Positions 47,821-56,492 of a DNA stretch of 64,000 nucleotides are shown here, one piece after another. Both the position numbers and the translations under genes were made by a program. This DNA is from an uncultured Candidatus Binatia bacterium (GTDB taxonomy: Bacteria > Desulfobacterota > Binatia > UBA9968 > JAJDTQ01). Positions within the stretch are counted from its first letter, which is position 1; each line of letters starts with the position of its first letter. The DNA is taken from positions 1,216,001 to 1,280,000 of the forward strand of contig OZ243916.1 in the NCBI GenBank assembly GCA_965213675.1, in the 5' to 3' direction. The notes beneath the pieces are model-generated. The model searched no databases, had not been told where the DNA came from, and saw only the letters and a list, made by a program, of their open reading frames with translations.

Positions 47821-48684
47821 ATGGATCCCATGAACCTCACCGTCAAGCCCGTTTCCTCCGCCATCGGCGCCGAGATCGAGGGTCTGGACCTGCGGAAGAC
47901 GCTGGACCCCGAGGCCCGCGCGGCCGTCCTGGACGCGTTTCACGAGCACGTGCTGCTGCTGTTCCGAGGGCAGGACCTCACCGAGGATCAGCAGACGGCG
48001 TTCGCCACGACCTTCGGCGAGTTGGGCAAGCGCACCGTGGGGGCGCGTTTCGCCAAGTCCCCGCGGGATGCCTACGCCAGCCCGGTGATGATGGTCACCA
48101 ACCGTGCGCAGGAGGGTCCCACGGGGGGCACGGCGTCGTTCGGCGACGGCGAGATGTGGTTCCACCACGACACCTGCTTCTACCCGGTGCCCAACATCGT
48201 CACCATGTTGTACGGCATCGAGGTCACCACCGAGGGCGGACTCACGCGCGTCGCCAACATGTACCGCGCCTACGACAACATCCCGCGCGACCTGCGCCAC
48301 CGGCTGGAGGGGCGCACCGTGCTGCAGGTGTACGACTACAACCGCTACCGCATTGATCCCAACGTGGACATGACCGGCGCCCGCAGCCACGCGCAGCCCA
48401 TCTTCGTGCGCCACCCGGTCACCGGCCGGAAGGCGCTGTACGTGAACCGCACCATGACCGCACGGATCGAAGGCATGGACCCGGCCGAGAGCGACGCCAT
48501 CCTCGACGAACTGTTCGACATCGCGGAGGACGACCGTATCGTCTACGACCACTCGTGGCGGGTGGGCGACCTGCTCATGTGGGACAACCGCTGCTCCATT
48601 CACGCGCGCACCGACTTCCCCGCCGCGGAGGCGCGCATTCTACGGCGCTGCACCGTGGCCGGGAAGGAGCCGGTCCGGGCCTGA
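47821..48684 (+). CDS. TauD/TfdA-family dioxygenase
   Basis: IGAEIEGLDL, WFHHD, HPVTGRKALY, WDNRCSIHAR. Confidence 0.92.
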   Translation: MDPMNLTVKPVSSAIGAEIEGLDLRKTLDPEARAAVLDAFHEHVLLLFRGQDLTEDQQTAFATTFGELGKRTVGARFAKSPRDAYASPVMMVTNRAQEGPTGGTASFGDGEMWFHHDTCFYPVPNIVTMLYGIEVTTEGGLTRVANMYRAYDNIPRDLRHRLEGRTVLQVYDYNRYRIDPNVDMTGARSHAQPIFVRHPVTGRKALYVNRTMTARIEGMDPAESDAILDELFDIAEDDRIVYDHSWRVGDLLMWDNRCSIHARTDFPAAEARILRRCTVAGKEPVRA

Positions 48685-48736
48685 GCCGCGGCGCGCCGGC
48701 GCGATACAGGACGGATTCGATCTGGAGGACCAAGAC

Positions 48737-49594
48737 ATGAGCCTGCAAACGAGACCGCTGTCACCGGCCCTGGGCGTGGAAGTCCTGGGACTGGACGTGA
48801 GCGAGCCGTTGGACGACAAGGTCCGCGGCGACATCCTCGACGCGTTCTACGCAAACGTCGCCCTGCTCTTCCGAGGCCAGAGTCTCACCGTGGAACAGCA
48901 GAACCGCTTCACCACCACTTTCGGAGACATCGGCAAGCGCACCATCGGGCCACGCCTGCGGCAGTCCGCCGACGACATCTACACCACGCCGGTGATGGTG
49001 GTGAGCAACATCCGTGAGAACGGGAAGCCCCTGGCAGGGGCCTCGGCCAACGGCGACCGGGAAATGGGGTTCCACCAGGACACCGCGTTCCACGAAATCC
49101 CGGACCACGTCACCATCCTCTACGGCATCGAGGTGTCCAGCCAGGGCGGCCACACCATGTTGACCAACCAGTACGCGGCCCACGACCGGGTCCCCGCGGA
49201 CCTCAAAACGAAGCTGGAGGGACGCCAGGTGCTGCAGGTCTACGACTACCAGCGGCACACCGTGGACGCCGACATCGACCTCGACGGCGCCCGCTACTAC
49301 GTGCAACCCATCTTCATCACCCACCCCGTAACCGGACGCCGGGCGCTCTACGTCAACCGCATGATGTCGGTGCGCATCGAAGGCATGGATCGGACCGAGA
49401 GCGACGCCATCCTGAGCGACCTGTTCGATATCGCCGAGGACCCGAGCGTCCGGTACGAGCACGTCTGGGAGGTCGGCGACCTGCTGATGTGGGACAACTT
49501 CTGCTCCATCCACGCGCGCACCTTCTACCCCGACCACGAGCGCCGGCTGCTGCGGCGCACCACGGTGGCGGGCAAGGAACGGCTGCACGCGTAA
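48737..49594 (+). CDS. TauD/TfdA-family dioxygenase (tandem paralog)
   Basis: FHQD, HPVTGRRALY, WDNFCSIHAR. Confidence 0.92.
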   Translation: MSLQTRPLSPALGVEVLGLDVSEPLDDKVRGDILDAFYANVALLFRGQSLTVEQQNRFTTTFGDIGKRTIGPRLRQSADDIYTTPVMVVSNIRENGKPLAGASANGDREMGFHQDTAFHEIPDHVTILYGIEVSSQGGHTMLTNQYAAHDRVPADLKTKLEGRQVLQVYDYQRHTVDADIDLDGARYYVQPIFITHPVTGRRALYVNRMMSVRIEGMDRTESDAILSDLFDIAEDPSVRYEHVWEVGDLLMWDNFCSIHARTFYPDHERRLLRRTTVAGKERLHA

Positions 49595-49733
49595 GGCTGG
49601 GTGCGAGCACCCCCCGGCATCTGCCCTGGTTCAGGGCAAGCCCGGACCCACGCCCCGCGTCTTGGCACGTCCTGGGTTACGGGAAGGCCGGACGGCCTGA
49701 TGCATGCCGTGGACGCGGCGCTCTAGTGTGGTG

Positions 49734-50132
49734 TCATGTGAGTCCGGTCTTGACCTCGACCTGGTTGCCGTCAGGGTCGAGGATGTACTGCGAGTCGCTG
49801 CGTCCGGTGGCGCCGGTTCGCGGCACCACGCCGCCTTCAAGCCGCACGCCCGTGGCCTGGATGCGTTCCAGGATGTCCCGGAATTCGGAGTCGGTGAAGG
49901 TCAGGCAGAAATGGTCCACCCCGCCGTGCTCCTCGTGGCTGCGGGCCTGGAACGAAGGCTCGTGCAGCAGAAAGAGGATGCTTCCGCCCACCTGCATGGC
50001 CGCCGCCTCGACGTTGCTGCTGCCGAGCATGCGACGATCCACCATCTCGAAGCCGAAGAGATCGCTGTAGAACCGGATGGAGCGGTCGAGGTCGGTGACC
50101 TTGACCCCCACGTGGTCGAGTAACGGCATCAC
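49734..50132 (-). CDS. VOC/glyoxalase family protein
   Basis: LDHVGVKV.DLDRSIRFY, DHFC, YILDPDGNQVE. Confidence 0.88.
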   Translation of the reverse strand: MMPLLDHVGVKVTDLDRSIRFYSDLFGFEMVDRRMLGSSNVEAAAMQVGGSILFLLHEPSFQARSHEEHGGVDHFCLTFTDSEFRDILERIQATGVRLEGGVVPRTGATGRSDSQYILDPDGNQVEVKTGLT

Positions 50133-50264
50133 GCACCTCCTTGTCAGACGAGAAGTCTATACCCCGGAGAAGCCCTGTTGGGTATCGGAACTCACCGCAA
50201 GCTTCATGAGCGACGCGGGATCGGGTAGACTGGCAGGCAAACCTGGAAGGCCCCACTCCTACCC

Positions 50265-52607
50265 ATGAGCAAGACCCCAAAGAACGACACCGCCGGTCGG
50301 CGCGAGCCCCCGCTGGACTTCATCCGCACCATCGTCCGGGACGACCTGGCCCACGGCAAGCACCCCGGCGTCGTCACGCGCTTTCCGCCCGAGCCCAACG
50401 GCTTTCTCCACATCGGCCACGCCAAGTCCATCTGCCTGAACTTCGGCGTCGCCCGGGAGTTCGGCGGGCGCTGCAACCTGCGCTTCGACGACACCGACCC
50501 GGCCAAGGAGGACACGCTTTTCGTCGAAGCCATCCAGGACAACATTCGCTGGCTGGGATTCGACTGGGGCGCGGGCCTGTACAACGCCTCCGACTACTTC
50601 GAGGACTTGTACCGCTTCGCCGTGCAGCTCATCGAGCGCGGCGGCGCCTACGTATGCAGCCTGAGCGAGGCGGACATCCGCGAAACCCGCGGCACGGTCA
50701 CGGAGCCGGGCCGCGGGAGCCCCTACCGCCACCGTTCGGTGTCCGAAAACCTGGAGCTTTTCGCCCGCATGCGCCACGGCGAGTTCCCCGACGGCGCCCA
50801 CGTGCTGCGGGCGAAGATCGACATGGCGTCCCCCAACATGAAGATGCGCGACCCCGTGATCTATCGCATTCGTCATGTCACCCACCACCACACCGGCGAC
50901 GCCTGGCCCATCTATCCCATGTACGACTTCGCCCATCCGCTGTCGGACGCGCTGGAAGGGGTCACCCACTCGCTCTGCACCCTGGAGTTCGAGAACAACC
51001 GTGAATTCTACGACTGGATTCTCGCGCAGGTGGACGCCCCCTCCACCCCGCGCCAGATCGAGTTCGCCCGGTTGAACCTCGACTACACGGTGATGAGCAA
51101 ACGCCGCCTTCTGGAACTGGTGGAGGAAAAGCGCGTCTCGGGCTGGGACGATCCGCGCATGCCCACGCTGGCGGGGCTGCGGCGGCGCGGCTACACCCCC
51201 GAGGCCATCCGCGCCTTCTGCCACAGCGTAGGCATCGCCAAGAGCGACAACACAGTGGAGATGGGCCAGCTCGAGCACTTCATCCGCGACGACTTGAACC
51301 ACAAGGCGCCGCGGGTGCTGGCCGTGGAGCGCCCCCTCAAGGTGGTGTTGACCAATTACCCGGAAGATCGCGTGGAGGAACTGGACGCCCCGTGCTACCC
51401 GCATGACGTGCCCCTGGAAGGTTCGCGCGCGGTACCCTTCTCCCGGGAACTCTACATCGAGCGGGACGACTTTCTCGAAGAGCCGCCCAGGGGCTACCAC
51501 CGGCTCGCGCCGGGACGCGAGGTGCGGCTGCGCTACGCCTACATCATCCGGTGCGACGAGGTGGTCACGGACCCGGCCACGGGTGAGGTGACGGAGCTGC
51601 GCTGCTCCTACGATCCGGAAACCCGGAGCGGTTCGGACACCAGCGGCAAGAAGGTGCAGGGCACCATCCACTGGGTGTCCGCCGTCCACGCCATCGAAGC
51701 CGAACTGCGTCTCTACGACCGGTTGTTCTCCGTACCGGACCCCCAGGGCGACCCCGAGCGGGACTACCGGGAACGGCTGAACCCCAAGTCTCTCGAATCC
51801 GTCAAGGGACTCGTGGAACCGAGCCTCGGCGCCGCCCGCCCCGGCGAACGGTTCCAGTTCGAGCGCCTGGGATACTTCTGCGTGGATCCGGAGTCCACCG
51901 CCGGCGCGCTGGTGTTCAACCGCATCGTCACGCTGCGGGACTCGTGGCTCAAGATCGTGCAACGGGGTGACGGCAACGCGCCCAGGCGGCCCCGGCGACC
52001 CCGGGCCGCTCCAGGAAACCAAGCCCAGGCTCCAGTGGAGCGCAAGTCCCCGGAGCACGCCGAACTGACGCCGGGCCAACGCGCCAGGATGGAGCATTAC
52101 CGCGACCGGCTCGGACTCGCAGGCAACGACGCGCGCCTGTTGGCCTCGGACGACGGCCTGGCAGGGTTCTTCGAGGAGGCGGTGCGCGCCTGCGACAACG
52201 CCAGATCGGCAGCCAACTGGGTCATCCACGAGTTGCGCGCGCACCTCAAGGAAACGCCTGTGGAATCGCTGCCGCTGACCCCGGCGGCTCTGGCGGAACT
52301 GGTATCCCTCATCGACGCCCGCACCATCTCCGGCAACGCCGCCAAGCGGGTCTTCGCCGAAATGGTAGTGGAAGGAGGACGCCCTGCCGACATCGTTGAT
52401 CGGCTGGGCCTCCGGCAGGTGGCGGACGCCGGCCAACTGGAACCCGTGGTGGACGCCGTCATCACCGCCCACCCGGACAACGTCGCCCTCTACCGCCAGG
52501 GCAAGTCCAATCTATTGGGATTCTTCGTCGGCCAAGTGATGAAGTCCACCCAAGGCAAGGCCGACCCCCGCCTGGTGAACGAGTTGCTGCGCGCGAAGCT
52601 GGACTGA
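50265..52607 (+). CDS. glnS: Glutamine--tRNA ligase with C-terminal GatB/YqeY domain
   Basis: [27 protein letters not shown]; C-terminal [11 protein letters not shown]...GKADP. Confidence 0.96.
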   Translation: MSKTPKNDTAGRREPPLDFIRTIVRDDLAHGKHPGVVTRFPPEPNGFLHIGHAKSICLNFGVAREFGGRCNLRFDDTDPAKEDTLFVEAIQDNIRWLGFDWGAGLYNASDYFEDLYRFAVQLIERGGAYVCSLSEADIRETRGTVTEPGRGSPYRHRSVSENLELFARMRHGEFPDGAHVLRAKIDMASPNMKMRDPVIYRIRHVTHHHTGDAWPIYPMYDFAHPLSDALEGVTHSLCTLEFENNREFYDWILAQVDAPSTPRQIEFARLNLDYTVMSKRRLLELVEEKRVSGWDDPRMPTLAGLRRRGYTPEAIRAFCHSVGIAKSDNTVEMGQLEHFIRDDLNHKAPRVLAVERPLKVVLTNYPEDRVEELDAPCYPHDVPLEGSRAVPFSRELYIERDDFLEEPPRGYHRLAPGREVRLRYAYIIRCDEVVTDPATGEVTELRCSYDPETRSGSDTSGKKVQGTIHWVSAVHAIEAELRLYDRLFSVPDPQGDPERDYRERLNPKSLESVKGLVEPSLGAARPGERFQFERLGYFCVDPESTAGALVFNRIVTLRDSWLKIVQRGDGNAPRRPRRPRAAPGNQAQAPVERKSPEHAELTPGQRARMEHYRDRLGLAGNDARLLASDDGLAGFFEEAVRACDNARSAANWVIHELRAHLKETPVESLPLTPAALAELVSLIDARTISGNAAKRVFAEMVVEGGRPADIVDRLGLRQVADAGQLEPVVDAVITAHPDNVALYRQGKSNLLGFFVGQVMKSTQGKADPRLVNELLRAKLD

Positions 52608-52648
52608 CCCCCGAACCCGCTGGAGACGCTGGCGCGCCCCCCCTCAAC

Positions 52649-52723
52649 CCGTCATTACCCGCCCCACCCCACCTGGATTCCCGCCCCCGATCGGGGTCGA
52701 GGGCAAGCTTTCGCGGGAATGAC
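52649..52723. repeat. REP-like element between convergent genes
   Basis: CCTGGATTCCCGCCCCCGATCGGGGTCGAGGGCAAGCTTTCGCGGGAATGAC, matching the right arm at about 17747-17798. Confidence 0.88.
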
Positions 52724-52815
52724 ACATGGGTGGGGCCGATTTTCATCCCCTCGCGTGTCGACCGCAAGCCAACATGCGAGATTCCCGGACAACTGCAAAG
52801 CGTGATCTGGCTGTA

Positions 52816-53358
52816 TCACTTCTTCGTGCGGAAGGCTCGATGGCAGTCCGAACAGGTCCGTTGCAGGCGCTCGAAGACGGCGTCCGGGGCCATGGCGGTG
52901 AAATCCTGGGGTCCGGAGCCTGGTTGGGTCCCTGCGCCCGCTGCAGATCCTCTCGACGCCCGGCCGCTCCCGGCGTACGCCCGTTCATGGGATGCCGTCG
53001 CCGCCAGCGCATCCGCGGCTTCGCCGAGTTGATGCGCCAACTCGGCGAAGCCGTTCCAGTCGGCCCATATGGCGGGCTTGGCCCGCGTCGGGTGCTTCAG
53101 GCTGCCCTCGGGAAACAACGCCATCATCTTGTCGCCCGCACGCCCCGCGATGGCCCCGGCGTACGCCGTGACGCGCTCCGCCTCGTAGGCTTGGGTTCCA
53201 CGCATCATCGCCCGCAGCGACTTCATGGCATCCCCCATGGCAGTCATGGCGTCCATGCGCTGCTTGACGATGCCAGTGGCGTCACGGTGCGCAAGCGCCA
53301 CGCCGGCAATCAGGATGAGTGCCGCGGCGGTGACCGCCAGCCGCAAGAGTCGTGTCAT
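52816..53358 (-). CDS. Class II cytochrome c (c'/c556)
   Basis: Signal peptide, LFPEGS, AKPAIWADW..F, C-terminal CSDCH. Confidence 0.88.
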   Translation of the reverse strand: MTRLLRLAVTAAALILIAGVALAHRDATGIVKQRMDAMTAMGDAMKSLRAMMRGTQAYEAERVTAYAGAIAGRAGDKMMALFPEGSLKHPTRAKPAIWADWNGFAELAHQLGEAADALAATASHERAYAGSGRASRGSAAGAGTQPGSGPQDFTAMAPDAVFERLQRTCSDCHRAFRTKK

Positions 53359-53376
53359 GGTAAACCCCGCCGGGCC

Positions 53377-53790
53377 TCAGAAGATCCCGTTGGCCCGTTG
53401 CAAAGCGCGCACGTAGTCAACGACGGCCCTCACGTCCGCGTCCGAGAGACCTGGAACCGGCGGCATGTTGCCGAAACTCCAGTGGTGCGCTCGAACACCC
53501 CTTCTCACCGCCAGCACGAACGCCATGTCGGAGTGATGGCCCGGTTCGTAGTACACGTGAACCAGTGGCGGTCCCTGGGGTGAGCCGACCGCTTGCGCCC
53601 CGTGACACAGCGCGCACTTCTGATTGAAGATTGCCTCGCCGGGCATGGCCGCGGTGGACGCCGCCGGGACTTCGGACGCCGCCCGGTTGGCACCGGCTCG
53701 CCGGTGCGTGCCCGGATGGTCCGGCCACAGCGCCCATGCCGCCAGGACAACGGCCGCCATCGCGGTTGCCGCGACGGCGACCCGCCTCAC
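53377..53790 (-). CDS. Monoheme cytochrome c
   Basis: CALCHG, GPPLVH.YYEPGHH, HHWSFGNMP. Confidence 0.85.
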   Translation of the reverse strand: MRRVAVAATAMAAVVLAAWALWPDHPGTHRRAGANRAASEVPAASTAAMPGEAIFNQKCALCHGAQAVGSPQGPPLVHVYYEPGHHSDMAFVLAVRRGVRAHHWSFGNMPPVPGLSDADVRAVVDYVRALQRANGIF

Positions 53791-54329
53791 TCGTTCTTCC
53801 CCAGCGTCACCAGCAGGCTCGCCAGGTCGTCGGCATGCTCCTCCTCCATTTTGAGGATGTCCTCGATGATCCGGCGCGTGGTGGGGTCGTCGTTGGCGAG
53901 CCAGCGGATGATCTCGGAGTAGGTCTCGATGGCCACGCGCTCGGCCACCAGGTCTTCCTTGATCATCTCCTCCAGGGTCTCCCCTTCCTGGTATTCGGCG
54001 TGGGAGCGTGTGGCCAGCCCTTCCGGGCTGAAGTTGGGCGAGCCGCCAAGTTGCGTGATGCGCTGGGCCACCCAGTCCGCGTGCATCTGCTCCTCGTTGG
54101 CGTGCTGCAGGAACTCCGCCGACACCGGCCCGGCGTTGATGCCGCTGGCCATGAAGTAATGGTTCTTGTAGCGCAGGATGCAGACGATCTCGGTGGCCAG
54201 CACCTCGTTCAGGACCGCCAACACCTGTTCCCGGTCGGCCAGATAAGCCCCGGTGATGGCCCCCTGCTCCATCTTCTCCCGCGCCCGCCTCTGGATCGCC
54301 TCAAGATCCGTCTTGAAAGGTTCTTTCAT
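53787..54329 (-). CDS. Ferritin-like/bacterioferritin-like protein
   Basis: LATE, EEQMHAD..AQRI.QLGG, EDLVAER, EEEHADD diiron motifs. Confidence 0.88.
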   Translation of the reverse strand: MKEPFKTDLEAIQRRAREKMEQGAITGAYLADREQVLAVLNEVLATEIVCILRYKNHYFMASGINAGPVSAEFLQHANEEQMHADWVAQRITQLGGSPNFSPEGLATRSHAEYQEGETLEEMIKEDLVAERVAIETYSEIIRWLANDDPTTRRIIEDILKMEEEHADDLASLLVTLGKNE

Positions 54330-54598
54330 GGGTCTGTCCTCATGTAACGCGCACATTGGTGTCGATTACCGGCATCACCGATATGACTCGGAACGTCTCA
54401 GGTACACGAGCATACACGGCGGAACTCCCGCTTCCCACCCTCTCCAAGCGCATTGTGGACCGCCTCACCGGGCTGCGGCAGGTGTGAGAACCAAAGTCTA
54501 CACAGTCGGACAGGAACGGCAAACCCAAGGGTACAAGCGAAGCGGAATCGGCGCCGACGTTGCGCAATTCTCCCGTTGCCGGATCTGGACAGCCACGG

Positions 54599-54844
54599 CT
54601 ATCGCAGGTCGAGCTCCCGCACGAGTTCCTCGACTCCGATGCCGTGATGCCGGGCGATGCTCTTCAGAATGCTTGACAGGGTCTTCGCCTTGATGGGATC
54701 GTGCAGCGGGATGACCTCATGGTGTTCGCCTTCCGTCTGTGTCGTGACCCGCACGTGGGAGCCCCGTTGCCGCACCTTCTCGTAGCCCATCCGACGAAGC
54801 GCGGCCAGGAGGGCGGCGCCGCTTACGTCGCGGGGGAGCTTCAC
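54599..54844 (-). CDS. hicA: HicA-family toxin
   Basis: LRRMGY..VRQRGSHVR, IPLH, TLSSIL. Confidence 0.88.
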   Translation of the reverse strand: MKLPRDVSGAALLAALRRMGYEKVRQRGSHVRVTTQTEGEHHEVIPLHDPIKAKTLSSILKSIARHHGIGVEELVRELDLR

Positions 54845-55059
54845 GCCACCAGCACCTCGTCCCTCACGTAGTGTAACCGAATCAGGCGCGGCCGAGCCGT
54901 GTCGTCGTCGAAGTAGCAGTCCACCGCTTCCCTGACGTTACGGCGGAGTTCATCCAAAGTGTCGCCCTGCGTGTGGATGCCGACACCCAAGGCACTGGCC
55001 GAGTATCCTCCGTCCAGTTCGTCCTCGCTTACTTCGAAAATGATCTCTGTCCCCGACAT
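54841..55059 (-). CDS. hicB: Short HicB-like antitoxin (upstream of the toxin)
   Basis: GGYSA..LG..IHTQGDTLDEL..NVREAVDCYF; GTGA coupling to hicA. Confidence 0.8.
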   Translation of the reverse strand: MSGTEIIFEVSEDELDGGYSASALGVGIHTQGDTLDELRRNVREAVDCYFDDDTARPRLIRLHYVRDEVLVA

Positions 55060-55258
55060 CGCTCACTCCGGTTCTTTCTGCCCTCTTACCTGCAGGACTC
55101 GACGGGAATCCCCTGACAGCGGGCCAAGGTTCATCGTGTGCATGAACATCCGTGGACATACTGTCAATCCCGGTATTTCCTGTCAAACGTGGCGTTGAGG
55201 TGGTCCTGGTTTGTAGGACAGGAAGGCGGCGGAGATAAGGTGTATTCCAGACGATCGA

Positions 55259-56182
55259 TCATGCCGCCAAGGTCCCGTTTATCAGGTCTTCGTGTTCCGA
55301 AGGAACTGTCAGAGGGGCGGGCGGGGTGTGAGGTCCGGCCTGCCTCTGGAGTCCTCGTTCGTAGGCCTCCGCCGGGGTGGAGCCGGCGAGGGCGGAATGA
55401 GGTCTTTGGGTGTTGTAGAAGTGGAGCCAGTTGGCGATGGTCCTTTGGGCGGCGAAGCCGTCGGTCAGCTCGTGCAGGTAGACGGCCTCGTACTTGAGGG
55501 AGCGCCACAGGCGCTCGATGAAGATGTTGTCCATGCACCGGCCCCTGCCGTCCATGGAGATGGCGACGCCGGCGTCCTTGAGCACGGAGGTGAACTCCAG
55601 GCTGGTGAACTGGCTGCCCTGGTCGGTGTTGAAGATCTCGGGAGGACCGTAGCGTTCCAGAGCCTCTGAGAGGGCCTCGACACAGAAGCGGGCATCGAGG
55701 GTGTTGGACAGCCTCCAGGAGAGCACCCGGCGGGTGGCCCAGTCCATCACCGCCACCAGGTACAGGAAGCCACTCTGGACAGGGATATAGGTGATGTCGG
55801 AGGTCCACACGTGATTGGGCCGTTCGATGGCGACCCCCTTGAGCCGATAGGGATAGACCCGGTGCTCGGGGTGCGGTCGGGTGGTCCGCGGCACCTGGTA
55901 GATGGCCTGGAGCCCCATCAGGCGCATCAGACGCCGCACCCGGTGACGACCCACTCGGACTCGCTCCCGCCACAGATGGCGGACCATCTGGCGGCTGCCG
56001 TAGAAGGGGTACTCCAGGAACAGCTTGTCGATCCGGCGCATCAGCGCCAGATTCTCCGCGCTCTCGCCCTTGGGCCGGTGGTACACAGAGGATCGACTCA
56101 CTCGAAGCAGATGGCATTGACGGCTCAAGCTGAGCTTGGGATGGCCGGGCTCGATCATCGCCCGGCGCTTCTCCCGGCTCAC
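55259..56182 (-). CDS. IS3 transposase OrfB (DDE)
   Basis: WTSDITY, NTDQGSQFTS, DNIFIERLWRSLKYE; GTGA overlap with orfA. Confidence 0.92.
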   Translation of the reverse strand: MSREKRRAMIEPGHPKLSLSRQCHLLRVSRSSVYHRPKGESAENLALMRRIDKLFLEYPFYGSRQMVRHLWRERVRVGRHRVRRLMRLMGLQAIYQVPRTTRPHPEHRVYPYRLKGVAIERPNHVWTSDITYIPVQSGFLYLVAVMDWATRRVLSWRLSNTLDARFCVEALSEALERYGPPEIFNTDQGSQFTSLEFTSVLKDAGVAISMDGRGRCMDNIFIERLWRSLKYEAVYLHELTDGFAAQRTIANWLHFYNTQRPHSALAGSTPAEAYERGLQRQAGPHTPPAPLTVPSEHEDLINGTLAA

Positions 56183-56460
56183 CACTTGAGCCCTTTGGCC
56201 AAAAAATCCCGCTCCACCGTCAACTCTCCGATCTTCGCGTGCAGGTCCCGGACCTCCCCCTCGTGGTCTCCTCGTGCCCGCTCGGCTCCCTTCGAGAACA
56301 CCTCCTTCATCCCCTCCACCGCACGCTGCTTCCACGTGCTCACTTGGTTCGGATGGACCTTGTGCCGCGACGCGAGCTCCTGGATCGTCTTGTCCCCGCG
56401 CAGTGCCTCCAGCGCTACCTTGGCCTTGAACTCTCCGGTAAATCGTCGCCGTGCTGTCAT
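56179..56460 (-). CDS. IS3 transposase OrfA
   Basis: FKAKVALEAL, ELASRHKVHPNQVSTWK, LHAKIGELTVERDFL. Confidence 0.92.
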   Translation of the reverse strand: MTARRRFTGEFKAKVALEALRGDKTIQELASRHKVHPNQVSTWKQRAVEGMKEVFSKGAERARGDHEGEVRDLHAKIGELTVERDFLAKGLKW

Positions 56461-56492
56461 CGGTATCCCTCCTTCGGTCCGTGGAATACACA

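Noticed and set aside
14036-52472. Many long antisense or alternative-frame ORFs (e.g. 35627..38332, 31576..33870, 29138..31270, 50259..52472)
   Set aside because: They are shadow ORFs of high-GC coding genes with no recognisable motifs.
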